A stretch of DNA of 64,000 bases from contig MNCI01000542.1 in the NCBI GenBank assembly GCA_015680685.1, forward strand, positions 747,889 through 811,888, in the 5' to 3' direction. Positions 13,808-26,599 of the stretch are shown piece by piece. The notes under the pieces were generated by a model. That model had not been told where the DNA came from. It saw only the letters and a list, made by a program, of their open reading frames with translations, and made no database searches. The DNA is from Gnetum montanum. Taxonomy: Eukaryota > Plantae > Gnetophyta. Made by a program: the position numbers and the translations under genes. Positions within the stretch are counted from its first letter, which is position 1, and the number at the start of each line of letters is the position of its first letter.

Positions 13808-16800
13808 TCATTTGAGCAAAGACGAGCAGATCAGGACAGCGATGAATGTGGACTTTGCCACTACAGATGTAGGAAGCTCTTTTCTAAGCAATGCCTTCAA
13901 AAATGGCCACAGACACAAAATGGTCCAACAGCAGCCCAGGTACTCAACCATCATTAGTTTTTCTGCATGTTGCCCATCAAAAATAATCCCAAAAGATTTA
14001 AATGTGATTGCTACCGTACTCATTAACAACAACGTTGTTGGTGGCACGTTGAGATAAGATGGATTATGCTTGACATCCCCTTCAAATTTACCACCTCCAT
14101 CGGGGAATGATTTGGCAGTAACTTCGAAAACCATCTCAGTAAGTTTGAGCATCTCTAAGATTAGATCCGTTGTTCCAAACAGCCATGAACTGTAGCGATT
14201 TATAGTCAACATCCTCTGCAACTGCCACCATTCTTGAATTGAGCCACCTACTTTAACAGACTGCCACAGTTTCAGACCATAGCATTGTAGAACCACAGTT
14301 GCTCCCATGATGAAATGAAGACTCATCAACTTGATTGGTGAGATAAAACAAAGGCTATTAGTCATTAATTGTTAAAGTAGCCAAATATGAATCTAATATG
14401 GAATATGAGAGCCGTGGCTGGTACAATCATAAGCATAACGGATTTTTAAAAATCTAAATATGGGTTTGAAAGTTGCAGGGATATGGGTGAATTTATTTAC
14501 CTTTGGCATGGATGGCTTCTGCGTTAACAAACTGTATATGGGCACAACTGCATAGCAAAATGTTGCAACTCCAATGCTTCCCCGTTGAGTAAGGTAAGAA
14601 TATAGCATTCTTTGTCTGATGCTTAATTTTCTTGATGACCAGCCTAACCAGGGGGACGATGCCGAGAATTCTATCCTAAGAAGTCCAGAAACCGTTCTTC
14701 TTTGTTGGATAGAGGCTTCTTGGATACTAGATGGAGCACAACCCATGAAAGCAGCAGTTTCTGGCATGCAAAACACAGATCTCCAACCAAGAGAATGGAT
14801 GCTTAGACCTGTAAGCACATCTTCCACTATGGATCCACACTTCCATCCAATCTGGAATGTCCACGTATTCATTTTTAATATATGATTTCAGATTCCTTGC
14901 AAGTAATGCAATGACACTACTAATAACAGGGATTTCGAATTGGTCTAGACATAATAAAAACCAGTTCGGTAACCAGATCAGTTTAGGACAAAGTCATTGG
15001 AAAAAGTATAAGAGGCAGGATGCCAACAATATAGGTTAACATATTCAGGTAGGGAAAGATTTGACTATGAATATTTACTATGGCCGCCTTAACCATGTGT
15101 ATCGAGCTCTACATGTACTCCTTGCAACCTATGACTTAACAAAATTACAAGGTACACGTTCTGAGTTATGCTTCAGTGACTTCAGTACAGAGTCGATAGT
15201 TAGATGAATCTCTTTAATATTTATTATTTAATCTGCATATTTCGGTGTATTAGGGCCAAAAGGTTAACTGGATACCTCTTTTCCCCATGAAGTGTTGACC
15301 TCGTAACTGCAGCTAGTCAATTTCAGTGCATCCGCTAATTTAGCGGACAGATCATTGCTGTTACGCTGTTGGACTTCTTTGAAAGCATAAATGGTAGATT
15401 GCACAAAAGGATTGGATTCACCAAAATTTTGGGTGAAATCTCCATGGGACCATGATGATATAAACCCTCTGCACCCTGAAAACATGCCAAAAACCCCAAA
15501 TAAAACTCAAGGTGATGAAAAGACTGAAGTAGTTATTGCTGTTGGTAAAAAAGACCTGATTAATTTACAATTTACCTGGTGGGTTGCTGTAAACTGCCTT
15601 CCTACGATGAAAGCAACCTGTTCCACAGTACACGGCTCCTTCGAAACCATTCATTCCTTGGAGAATTCTCTGTTCAATAACATGACATGGAAGAAAACTT
15701 TAATAAAGCCAGGAGGGAAACCCAATAAACGGCAAAAAATTAACTAATTCGCAAACATACTTTATAGCCTTTTAATCGTGTTGCCCACGGATTCTTATCT
15801 TTCTTTGATGAATAGTAAAGTTGTGGAAACTGCACATAACCAAAATCTCTTTCTGATTTACAGTCCAAGAAGAGGCACATGGCATGGCGTATCACTTTGC
15901 AATTGTTGACAAACATGTCACAGTCCAAATTTAAAATATAAGGGGCATTTGTCATCAACCCAGAAACTCGAACCTGCCATAACTATGATGATTAATTTTG
16001 TTACTCTAGATACGTACGAATACCATCTACTCATTTTGTTCATGGAATTTAATCATTTTTGCTGTACCATAGTGTTCATGGCTCCTGCTTTGAAGTGATG
16101 CTTCACTTTCGGCCGTTTTTCTCTGGCAACATAGATTAGGTGCGGCAGAATGTCATCATCTCCGCTATGCTCATGTATGATCTGGAAACCCAGACGAAAA
16201 ATATTTCAAATAGATTAAGCTTTGGTTTTTGATTGAAGTTTATGGTTAAAAAGAATTCATGCGGCAACCCTGCAACAAAGCCAGGATAATGATGATGATA
16301 AGTTCAAATTTCTACACCAAGAATAAACAGTGTTTTTCATTTAACAGACCTTCGCTATGCTTGAGTGATTCGACACTTCTGAATCTTTAGACGCAAAGCT
16401 GGCATCTAAATGTAAAATTGGGATAAATCCTGTCTCCATTGCTATCCCAATTTTCTTTTTCAGTTCGTTATAATTCTCCTGCACAGTGAGCCATGGTGAA
16501 TGTCAACGAACCAAGCATGAAACAGCTCTGAGCTTTAATTATGCACTCACAAGATAAAAGAATGATGCTGACAACACATTACCTTTATGGAATTTGATTC
16601 CATGATGAGATCTTCATTGCAAGAACTAAGATACTCTTCCCTGTCAAAGTGAGCAAAAGGAGCCCTTGTTTCCAGATTATATTTTCTACAGAAGGGTATC
16701 CATTTTTCAGCAAAACTGAGGGTTTCAAGCAGGGAGTAGTAGAGAATGGGGGAGGCACCATCATCAGAGACATAGCATGCAAATTTCTTCGCTGGGTAAT

Positions 16801-17307
16801 CTAGGGCAAGAACTGATAAAACGGTGTTCATGGTCACGATGGCTGACTCTTTTTTAATATCAGCTGTTGTGATGATCACATCAACACAAGGAAGATCCAT
16901 GGCATTTTCTCCTGCATACCTTAACAGTAATAACTAAAAGATTGTCACCCAACACACACATAACTACTACATATGAAAAACCAATCCTTAGAATTTAGAA
17001 GTTCTAAAAAAAAACCCAAAAAATTGCAATTAACCAACCTTTTATCAAACCTGTCAATATAAGTTTGATACCTCACAGAGAGCCATCTTAGATTATGCTC
17101 AAGAATCCAATTAAATGCAAAGCAGGCCTCACATGCAAAAGCCACTGACCAGATTCCCCAAAACCCTTCAATGGGTTTTAGGACCCGCAACACCAAAAAG
17201 CCTAGAAAAAGAAAGATATGAATCACTGCATAACATCTGTCAAGCAGCGAGTTTTCCACAATCTTCTCAAACAGGGGACTACTATCACCAGCTGCTGTTG
17301 GTTCCAT
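13808..17307 (-). CDS. CSL: Cellulose synthase-like glycosyltransferase (GT2), CslB/CslH-like, about 742 aa, 9 exons
   Basis: Exons (minus): 17307-17039, 16919-16583, 16478-16350, 16181-16068, 15973-15761, 15669-15576, 15475-15276, 14851-14501, 14329-13808. All introns are GT-AG with consistent phases, totalling 2229 nt with no internal stop. Motifs: [81 protein letters not shown]. There is no N-terminal RING domain, so it is not CesA. Confidence 0.93.
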
Positions 17308-17365
17308 TGTTGAAATTTGAAAGTCTCAGTCTATTTTGCTGCCAGGGCAAGCTTACTGTGACATC

Positions 17366-17373
17366 TTTATATA
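17366..17373 (-). promoter_or_regulatory. TATA box of the Csl gene
   Basis: TATATAAA (context CTATATAAAG) on the minus strand, about 60 nt upstream of the ATG. Confidence 0.65.
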
Positions 17374-17860
17374 GCCCATTAAACCTTTTTTACTAGAGGT
17401 TTCTTTACAGAAAATTTGTGGCCATAAATTAAAGATTTTGATGTTGTGTATGAAAGATGGAAGCAGCTTGGCATAATGCAGCACAGAGAAGTCATATGGA
17501 ATCTCAATAATTGCAATGAGGTGCTAGTTTAGTGGTAAGACTCTTAATTTAAAAACACAAGAGTTCAATTGTAATAGGCAATGCTGAGTCATGAATTCAA
17601 CTGTAAGAATCCTCTAATGATGCTGCCTTATCTTTGACAATCTTTACAAGAATACTCCTCCAATGATTCTGCCTTATCTTTGGCCTGTTTGATTTTGAAG
17701 GGATGTGCTTCTTGGCTGCTTCTTCATGAAATGTCGTCAATCTGCTTTAGGGTTTTTAATTTTCAATGGACGACGAATGAGGTCTCATTCAAAATGTCTT
17801 TAAAACAAGACCAAATGCAAGTTTAGTAAAAGATGCTCTGCTGATATTCATGCTCCAGAG

Positions 17861-18123
17861 TAGTCTGTTTCATATGAATGTCAATGTCCTTGACGTGTCG
17901 TACGAAATATTTGAATTGGTGGGGCGGCGTGTTGACGCGGACCTGAGAACTTTATCACTCTTAACATACACTGTAATTGTCAAATAAGACAAACTGCTGA
18001 TAATAGTGATATTAGTGGTGTCTGTTTTCTGTGAATGTCAATGTCTTTGGCATGTTGTACCAAATTTCTGAGTTGGTGGGGTGGCCTGCTGAGGGGCATG
18101 TGAGAACGTTATGCCCTCTTAAC
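17861..18123. repeat. Diverged direct duplication (about 105 bp) in the Csl upstream region
   Basis: TCTGTTT..TGAATGTCAATGTC...TTGGTGGGG...TGAGAAC..TAT..CTCTTAAC at about 17863-17965 and about 18021-18123. Confidence 0.8.
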
Positions 18124-19899
18124 CCTCGATCATAGAATTCTTAGAATTTCTGAAACATAAAATGTCCTTTACCAGTCTTTTCATAACTGGTAAAAGGAAA
18201 ATGAGATTTTAGCGGAGGAATATCTCAGAAGTTGGTAGTGAAACCATTACTACCATATTTTGAGTTAGAATTATCATGGTTGGAACTACAATATTTTGAG
18301 CTAGAGTTATCAAACTTGATTCACTTCTTTAATAATATTTTCAAGATTTATCAAGAATATATCAAAACTCTTTAAAAGTTATTGTTAATTCATCTTACAA
18401 ACTCTTTAAGGTTTTTTGAAAAAGTAATAAAGCATTTCTATTTTTATTTTTATTTTAGATGACATCTTAGGTGTAACTTGTGATGTGTCTCTATTTGTAC
18501 AAAGAATGTCATGTTGGTGGTCTAAAGGTTGCTTTTTTTCTTTAATGGGGATCAGAAGGAGTGTAGAGATCCTTATATTTTTCACGCTATGTTAACCGTT
18601 AGACCATATCACAAGGATATGTAGGCTTATTAAGGAGGCTTTGCCTCTTTGAATCAAGCCAATGCCCTAGGACTAGATGCATTAGAGTAGGAATGGGTAT
18701 TAGCTCTTTTAATGGAACAATACTTCTTATATGATTATTTGTACTGGCTATGATTGTATATGTGTGTGTCTCATTGGTCTTGTTGCTTATACACTTACTT
18801 AAGGTATACTCACTATACCCTTAAACTTTGGACTAACATGTTGTGTATACTTATATTGTGCTTGCAAGTATTGTGATCATTGAGGCATAGTCCATCTTGG
18901 GTTCACTTTAGAACACATGTGTACTTTTGGACTTAAAAAGCGTACTAAATGGTGCTTCTCCAAAGCAATGCCATTATACTTGGTATTAGAGAGAAGGTTG
19001 TGAATTGTGATATGTTGTTAATGGCTAGTGTTTTTGGTTCATGGTTTGTGCTATGTTAGTTCCTAGAAGTTAGCACACCCATGGGCCTTTTCAATGTAAT
19101 TTCATCAAAAAATGGTTAGAAAGTAATCATGTGCACTAGTACTAGGCTGCTACCTCCTTAGCGCTAACTTCTTAAAGCTAGCATACCTTTTCATTTTTAC
19201 TCCAAAAAACTATAAATATTAAGATATGCAACTCGTTTCTTACCTTTTCTTCTTCTTATTTTTCTTTCCGTTTTTAGTTGAGTTCCTCCTTCCTTTGGTA
19301 AGTGTATTTATTTTTCTTTATTTTTTAATATGTTTTTGAATTATCACTTTATATACCATGATTTTGCAACCCTAAACCATTTGATCAACATGGATTTAAG
19401 TCTATGTGTAATAAATAAAGATAATGGATTTCACTTTTATTTTCCAATGTTCCTGTATTATCAAAAATACAAATTGTACAATGTATCTCTTTGAAGTTAA
19501 TTAATCTCTAGTTTAGTTATTATACATTAATATAATGAAGTAACTAGTATTTAATTAGTTAAATATGTAGATTTGCGTCTATTCAATCTTACTGAAGGAA
19601 CTTATATCTATAAAGCATGATGTTGGACCATCAATGACATGACTAATGAGTGCTTATGTATTTTGCATATAATGTGTTGAATTTATCCTATAAAGGACTA
19701 CAACATCATGAATGAGGTGTTGAACCTATCCTATAAAAGATTGTGACATGATTGTATATGTGAGAAGCATTACACTTGTTTCATAAAGGATTATGACATG
19801 AGTAGTTAGATACATATGCATCCCATATTTTCAATCAACAAATGGTGCCATATGGCATAGACAAAATATAAAGTGAAGTCATGAATAAGGTTTTTTATT

Positions 19900-22800
19900 A
19901 TTGGCAAGAGGCCATCTGCAAGATCACTAGTTATATCATTATTAATGAGTCTTTAGTGGCTAGTGTCATTCAAAGTTAGAGCATGTATTAAGAGACTAGT
20001 GATCCATGAGAAGGCAAAGGGATTTAGTTGAGGTCTATACTACATATTTATAGTCTATAGTTCACAATAGCACTCATATGACAACAATTCATTTGAGAAT
20101 AAGGACATGCTTAGTTTATCTTCTAAGAACACTAGGGTTGAAAGGACATCTATGGGAAGGGTGGTTTGATAGAAGCCAAAAGGCCCCATCATGTTATTAA
20201 AGATCCAAAATTTCATTATTTAGAGTCCAATGTATCGTTTCTTAGAAGCTTGCTCCTTCAAAGACTACATAGATGGATGGATGGATTTGACATTAAGAGG
20301 ATCATGGATAGGAGATGATGATAGCGATGAAGAAGTAGCAAATAGTATAGGTGTAGTCATTAAGTTAGTGGAAAGTGGGAAGAGTGGTCAGGACATTAGG
20401 TGCAAGCATGATAGTGGTCATGGTAAGTAGGGAAGGATTGTTGTAGGGGGCAGAATTAGGGTCATCAACTATAAAAATCAGAGACTAGGTGTTTGGGTTT
20501 TGAAAATTGCAGTTATGTGATGTGGATTAACTGTGGATGCATGGTCTGCATTCCAATGAGATATAACTAAGAGATTCTAGATTAGAATCATGTAAAGATC
20601 CTTAGGAGGATTGGGAGGAGATGACAATAAAAGTGTGATTAATGTCCTCTAGTTGATGAGTGGAGGCAAGGCCTTATTAGAAGGTTAGCATTGAAGATGA
20701 CATATAGTTAGAAGTAGCTTTTACATTCTAGTTTGCAGTAGGACTATTTGAGTAATACACCATTTGGATGATCCTTGGGGAGGGGTGTTGTTATTGAAGC
20801 ATTAGTGTTTCAATGTGCTTGTGCATAGTAGATGATCAACATGTTCAAGCATGTGCTTATAGTCCTATGGATGAATGTCAATGTCTTGTATGCCTTGATC
20901 TTGAGCCAACACATCAAGAATTGCCTTCTGTTCATATATTAAGATTCTTTTAATGAAGTCTTATTGAATGAAATGGTTGACATCAAGAATAGACCCATAG
21001 AAGTTAAAAGAAAGGTTATATTCTAGACTCCAATGAATATCAAGGTGATCATACATTAGCTAGTTGAAGAATAGGTAGAAGAGATATTTATAGACCACCA
21101 TGGCCATAGATCATTAGGGCTTAATCAAATTTGTAATAGGATAACTCCTTTTGTGAGATGTTAGTTGTAGGCCACTAGCAAAGAAGCCTTAAGCAACCTT
21201 CCATCTCACTGGTGTAGCCTTAGAAAATCTTTTCCTAATTTGGGTGAAGTTGGTAATATGCACGATGTTGGCCTCCATGACAAAGATCATTTTTTGCTAA
21301 AATGAAAGATAGTCTCATTCTAAGTGTAGATGACACATGACACAAGACTAAGAAATGGAGTAGTGAATAGTATGAAAAACATCTACCAACCCTTGGTATA
21401 AAAGGTTGATAAGGTCTCAAATTCCCATATATCCATGATGTTGATCAGCTTGCAGTGGATGATTTATCTACTCATGTTGGTCTAGAGGAAAGTATTAAAA
21501 TAGAATCGAGAAGTGTTGAGTAGTTTACGAAGGTGCAAGATAGTAGCAATGATGCTGTAAGAAAGGTGTAGGAATGGGATGCAAAGTGATTATTTAAATA
21601 AGATGTCATTATAGTGCTATCAAAGTAATCGAGCAATAATCACTCTCCAAGTGACAACACATTATGCATGTAGTAGGGGATCATGGTCAAGCATGAGGAA
21701 AAGATCTACACTGATATGAAAAAGAGCCTACATGACCATATGAACAATAGTGACTTATGTGTATTTATTGAGAAGGTGGGATTTGAAATCTTAGATTATC
21801 CTATACAACATGCACTAGAGAAGGTTGTAGAACCTACAACATTGAAGGTTGGTGTATGTAAGAATGTTGTCTTGAAAAATGAGCTAGAGAAAAAATTTGA
21901 ATGCATGGTACAAATGTAAGTTCCCACACATACAAAAAGCATTTGATTTCATGGTGGGAAGAACAAAGAATACCATATAGCTAAATCAATAAGACTTCTA
22001 GAGGAGAATTCAATGGTATAAGTAAAGTCTTATTGCTTGTTATGATGACTCAAAGGGGTGTGATGTGTCTTCCATGATTGCATAAGATAATGAAGTTACA
22101 AAAGTATGATGGGATCAAGGAGTGGTGTTCATGTGGTATGAAGGAAGTGGTAGTTGATTGAAGTGATCTAAAGTTAGTACCTTAAATGTTGTAAATCCAA
22201 TCACTTGCATATAGCCATAGAGTGATAATAGGGTACTGCATTTTTGTTATCCATCTATAGTCATTGAAAGACATGGGTAGAGGCTAATGGATTCATGTAA
22301 GATATTTGAGGAAATGACATGTAGTGAGATAGAGTTGAGTAAACAACCAAGATATGTCAATGATGTAGTAATTCCATGGCAATTGATACTTGGTAATGAG
22401 GATGAGACATCTAGTTAGCAACAGATGTTTGAGAGAAAGCAACTGGATACCAAGGTTAAAGGGCCTTCATAACACCATGTGATGAAAAGGGGTAACTTTC
22501 ATTTCTCTTGAAATTTTAGGATGGGTTGCATGATTCCATTAAATAAGGTAAAACTTACTAATGGAATCTAGACTAGACCAAATGAAGTAATGGACAATCT
22601 TGTCAATATTATGTAGTGGCCTTAATTAATAAGATTGTCATAGTTGCATACATTAAGATTGCTTGGAGAATCATACCTAAAAGAGTAGGTGGCTCAAAAA
22701 GGAAAGGTATAGATCATTCCAATCAAATAGGCTTTTCTAAAGGATAGTCATGACAATATTTTAATAGTAGTTGTAAACCTAGAAGATGAATAGGAGGACT

Positions 22801-23170
22801 CTAAGCTAGTTATAATGTAATGGTTTGAAGACATCTTCAATGGTGTAGAGAATGCATTGTAATTAATCATGTGGATAGCCAACATTGTAGATTGTAGATT
22901 TAGGCCAATTACTTTAAAGAGTAGTAACCAAAGAGAAAAGAGTAAGATCCTTTTTAAGAGTCTAAGCATTATGATCATATCTTCAATGATGAACATAGTA
23001 TCATCCATACATTTTTAATGTTCCTTGAGAAAGATAGGAGGCTAGCTAGCTTGACATGAGTAAGGAAAACATCGCAAAACTTAGAAAGAATTGTGAAGAG
23101 ATAATGGAAAAGAAGGTCCCCTTGCACAAGCCATAAGAAGGTTGAAACCATTAAGTTTATTGGCCATGCA
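19900..23170 (-). mobile_element. Ancient, rearranged LINE remnants
   Basis: VQGDLL (decayed RQGDPLS) near 23120 and (Y)MDDT near 23008. ORF1 zinc-knuckle-like GRCFSYYSLLHFLVLC near 21340-21390. Confidence 0.5.
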
Positions 23171-26100
23171 TTTTAACTGTTAAAAGTATTTTTCAATGAT
23201 TTTATTTTCATAATTCAATTTCTTAAATTCTGAGTTATTTCACAATACATTTCACATGAAATCACAAGATTTCATAATATCACAAGTATTTCTCATTTTT
23301 TAACTACAAAGCTTTCACTCTTTCTCATCTTGTCCACTACAATCTTTCCAACACCTTGAACTGGTTATCTCCTTTATCGATTTATACACCTCTTCATCTT
23401 TCAAAATAGATTTTCTTAATGATGGAGTAATGTATGTAGGAGGAGGAATTTCCATCTTTGAAAGTTTAGCCCTTCCTGTGTTCATCTCTTCACTCTATTA
23501 TTCTTCCTATTTTGTTTCATTTAGATCCAACTTAAAGAGGTTAGAAATTGAATCGAAATTTTATTTATTAGGCTCTTTATTTTTTTCTAACAAAAGAAAT
23601 TTAGCAAGAATGTCTAACTCCTCTTTACTTGTACCTTGCTTCTAGCCTTTAGAGATAGAAGGAAGAGTATAATGGAGCTTCTTAGCTTCTTATTTCATCA
23701 CCTTCTTTTCTTGAGTGGCTTCTAAAAAAGAATAAGTTTCATTAATATTACATCATTTGATTATTGATGTAATACTAATTCTATGTCATGTCATTTGACA
23801 TCTCTTGGCCAAGAGGAAGTCTATTAGAAGAAATGGAATTAGTGATTTTGATTTTTCTCAACTTTTGAGTTTTTATTTTGAGCTATCATTTTGCCTTCTT
23901 ACTAGTTCTTGGAGCATCTTCATAGTCTTTATTTTCATAATGACATCTCTACATAGATCTTGTGACATCTCAACATAGATATCATTTTCAAACTCAAGTC
24001 TTGTTTTGAAGTCCTTGCTCATTTATGGCCTTGCTAGACTACAAAAAAATTTCTATATTCTTCATTTTCCTTAAGGTTTTGACATATCAAAAGGTCAACA
24101 CTACTCTTCTAGAATTGTTAGCTCCACTGAATCTAATTTTGAGCTGTTAATCTTTATTTTTCTCTTAGAAAATCCTAACTAGTAGCTTAGTGTGGGAGGA
24201 TTCCAAGTCATAATCAATTGTTTTTTATTCACATGTATCACAAAAATAGCTTTCTCCATAGAATAACTCATTAAAAACACATACTATGTTGTACTGGGGT
24301 AGGGGTGTTATAGGCCTAAAGCACATAAAATCCCTATCTATCAAATTTATTCAAATATTTTATACATTCTTCCTTAAAAGTCAATTTTGGATACTTTGTG
24401 CCTCAGTAGTAGATCTAACTTTAAATTCTTCTATAATATTGATCACATTGATAAACTTTACAAAATTGAGACTTATTTGGTTTTCAATAACCATCACATA
24501 ATAGTTATTATGGTCTTATAATTTTCCTTTTTTTTGTAACAAAGACTTAAGAATAAGTTATTCCCTTTTAGCATAAGAATGATTCTTGGTCTCTTAGGCC
24601 ATTCCACATTCTCTTCATAGGTTTCACCCTATAATGGGTTAAGCCATCCCCTACTTTCTTATTCACTCTATAATCTATGCATTTGTAATCCCTTATACTA
24701 GGTCTCCAAATGTAACATGACTTGTGATTGCCATTAGCAGTGTTGGGATAGGTTCCACAAAAAGTTTTACAAAAATTCTAAGTCATCTAGGCCTTGTATG
24801 TTTGTATCCATAAACCTGCACATCCATGTTATGGTTAATTTTGACCATGATAAGATAGCTAATAATTTCAACTAACTATTTAAATCTAACTTATCTTTCT
24901 ACAAAAATATGAGAACTTGGTGGGTTTGACATTGCCCTAAAATATTGTGTTTCTAAAAGTAATGTGCTATTGACACTAAGCTTATGATATTCTCTTTTTT
25001 CTCATAACTTGTTCAAACATTTCTTGTAAACCATGATGTTCTTTGAGAATTCTTCTATCTCTAACTACTTCTCATAGATAGTCTATATTAGTTCAATGGG
25101 AAATACAAGGAGTATTTCCTTCAAGGCTCGTAGCATAATATCTTCTCACAAGCTAGTCTAGATGATTACATAAAAGTGGCTAATGTAGAAATTTAGAAAT
25201 TTAATTGCCCCTTAATAAGCCCATAGCTTCTAAGGCACCAAGGAGGCATCATCAAATAATGGCTTGCATCTAATCAACTCTACCCTTCTTCTATTGTTCT
25301 CAAGAACATTCCTTTTATCAAGAAGTAAGAAGAACATGGATTCAATCACTAGGAGCCTTGGTGTTGTAGCATCCATGTAAACCTTAATACTTCTTATGTT
25401 AAAAGTTTATTCTTGTGAGTCAATTTGTTTTGGCACATTGCATCAAACTTACTTTCATTTTGACATTTCATGTCAACTCTTATATTAAACTTTTTTTTGC
25501 ATAAAGAATTGATTTTTACCTTACACATCATATCATTTCATTCTACATAGGAAATTTCTATGATGCACATCATTAAAGATGAAAATTTGACATCATTACT
25601 TTACCATTTTTTATGCACCTAGTGTAGACACTCTCCATGACATGTTCTTCATAAACTTAAAACACTCATTTTTCTCAAAATACATATAAAAACTTGCAAA
25701 AAACTCTTCTAAAATGATGCTGACAAATACGTTTTTGCATTTCAAACTAAAAAAAAATCTTAAAACTATTCTAAAATAATAATATCACCTATAAATATAT
25801 TACCCTAGTAGCTCATGCATCACTATATGTAGTGACAATGAAAAATTTACTATGGTGTCTAAATTCCAAGTCGTAAATCAACCAAAAACCCTAAGTAAAT
25901 GGTTTATTATCTACTTACAAATAACAAATAGTGACATGCATTCAAATGTATCATGTTTCTAGTTTATAAATTTAAATTCTGTTGGTATTATACATGGGTT
26001 CTCAAATCCCTTATCAAAATCAAACAAATTCGAAGTTAAAATAAAAGTATTTTTGTTTTACAAGCTATGTAATCTACTTGGCTTTGTTGAAATCAAACAT

Positions 26101-26599
26101 AGCATAATAATCTTGCTAGTAAAATCTACTATCATTAGAGTAATTGAGTTCACCATTACATTATTTTCTAAAATAGTACTTAACCTAAGCTAAAATTTTC
26201 TAAGTGGGGTTCATGTTACTTATATTTGAGCTCTAGGAGAGTGGATGTAGGTCTGTGATAGTCCCTTGCTACTACTAGTTTTACCTTTGGATCCCTATCT
26301 ACTACTACTATGACTTGCCATTACTCCTTACTTTATCATTTTTTACTCTTATCTCTTTTAATTCTACTCATGTCATTCTCTAATTTTCTCTACCATAAAT
26401 GAAAGCTTTTGTGATGAACTATTTTTCTTCTTTGCTTACATAGCTTAATGAAATAATGAAATAACATCTATTTTTTGAAATTTTTTGAAATTTTGGCACA
26501 TGATATTTCAATGGCATCATGTTTTAATATTTCACATCATTTCTTTCTCAAAGCTTTTCTAGATCATAACTACTCTAATTTTGGTTGAGGTAAACATAG

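Noticed and set aside
13769-17396. Plus-strand ORFs overlapping the Csl gene (13769, 13812, 14619, 15391, 17115)
   Set aside because: Antisense shadows of the coding exons with no recognisable motifs.
23200-26500. Short ORFs and a TGTAGTGAC LTR-like terminus at 25828
   Set aside because: Too decayed to assign boundaries or products.
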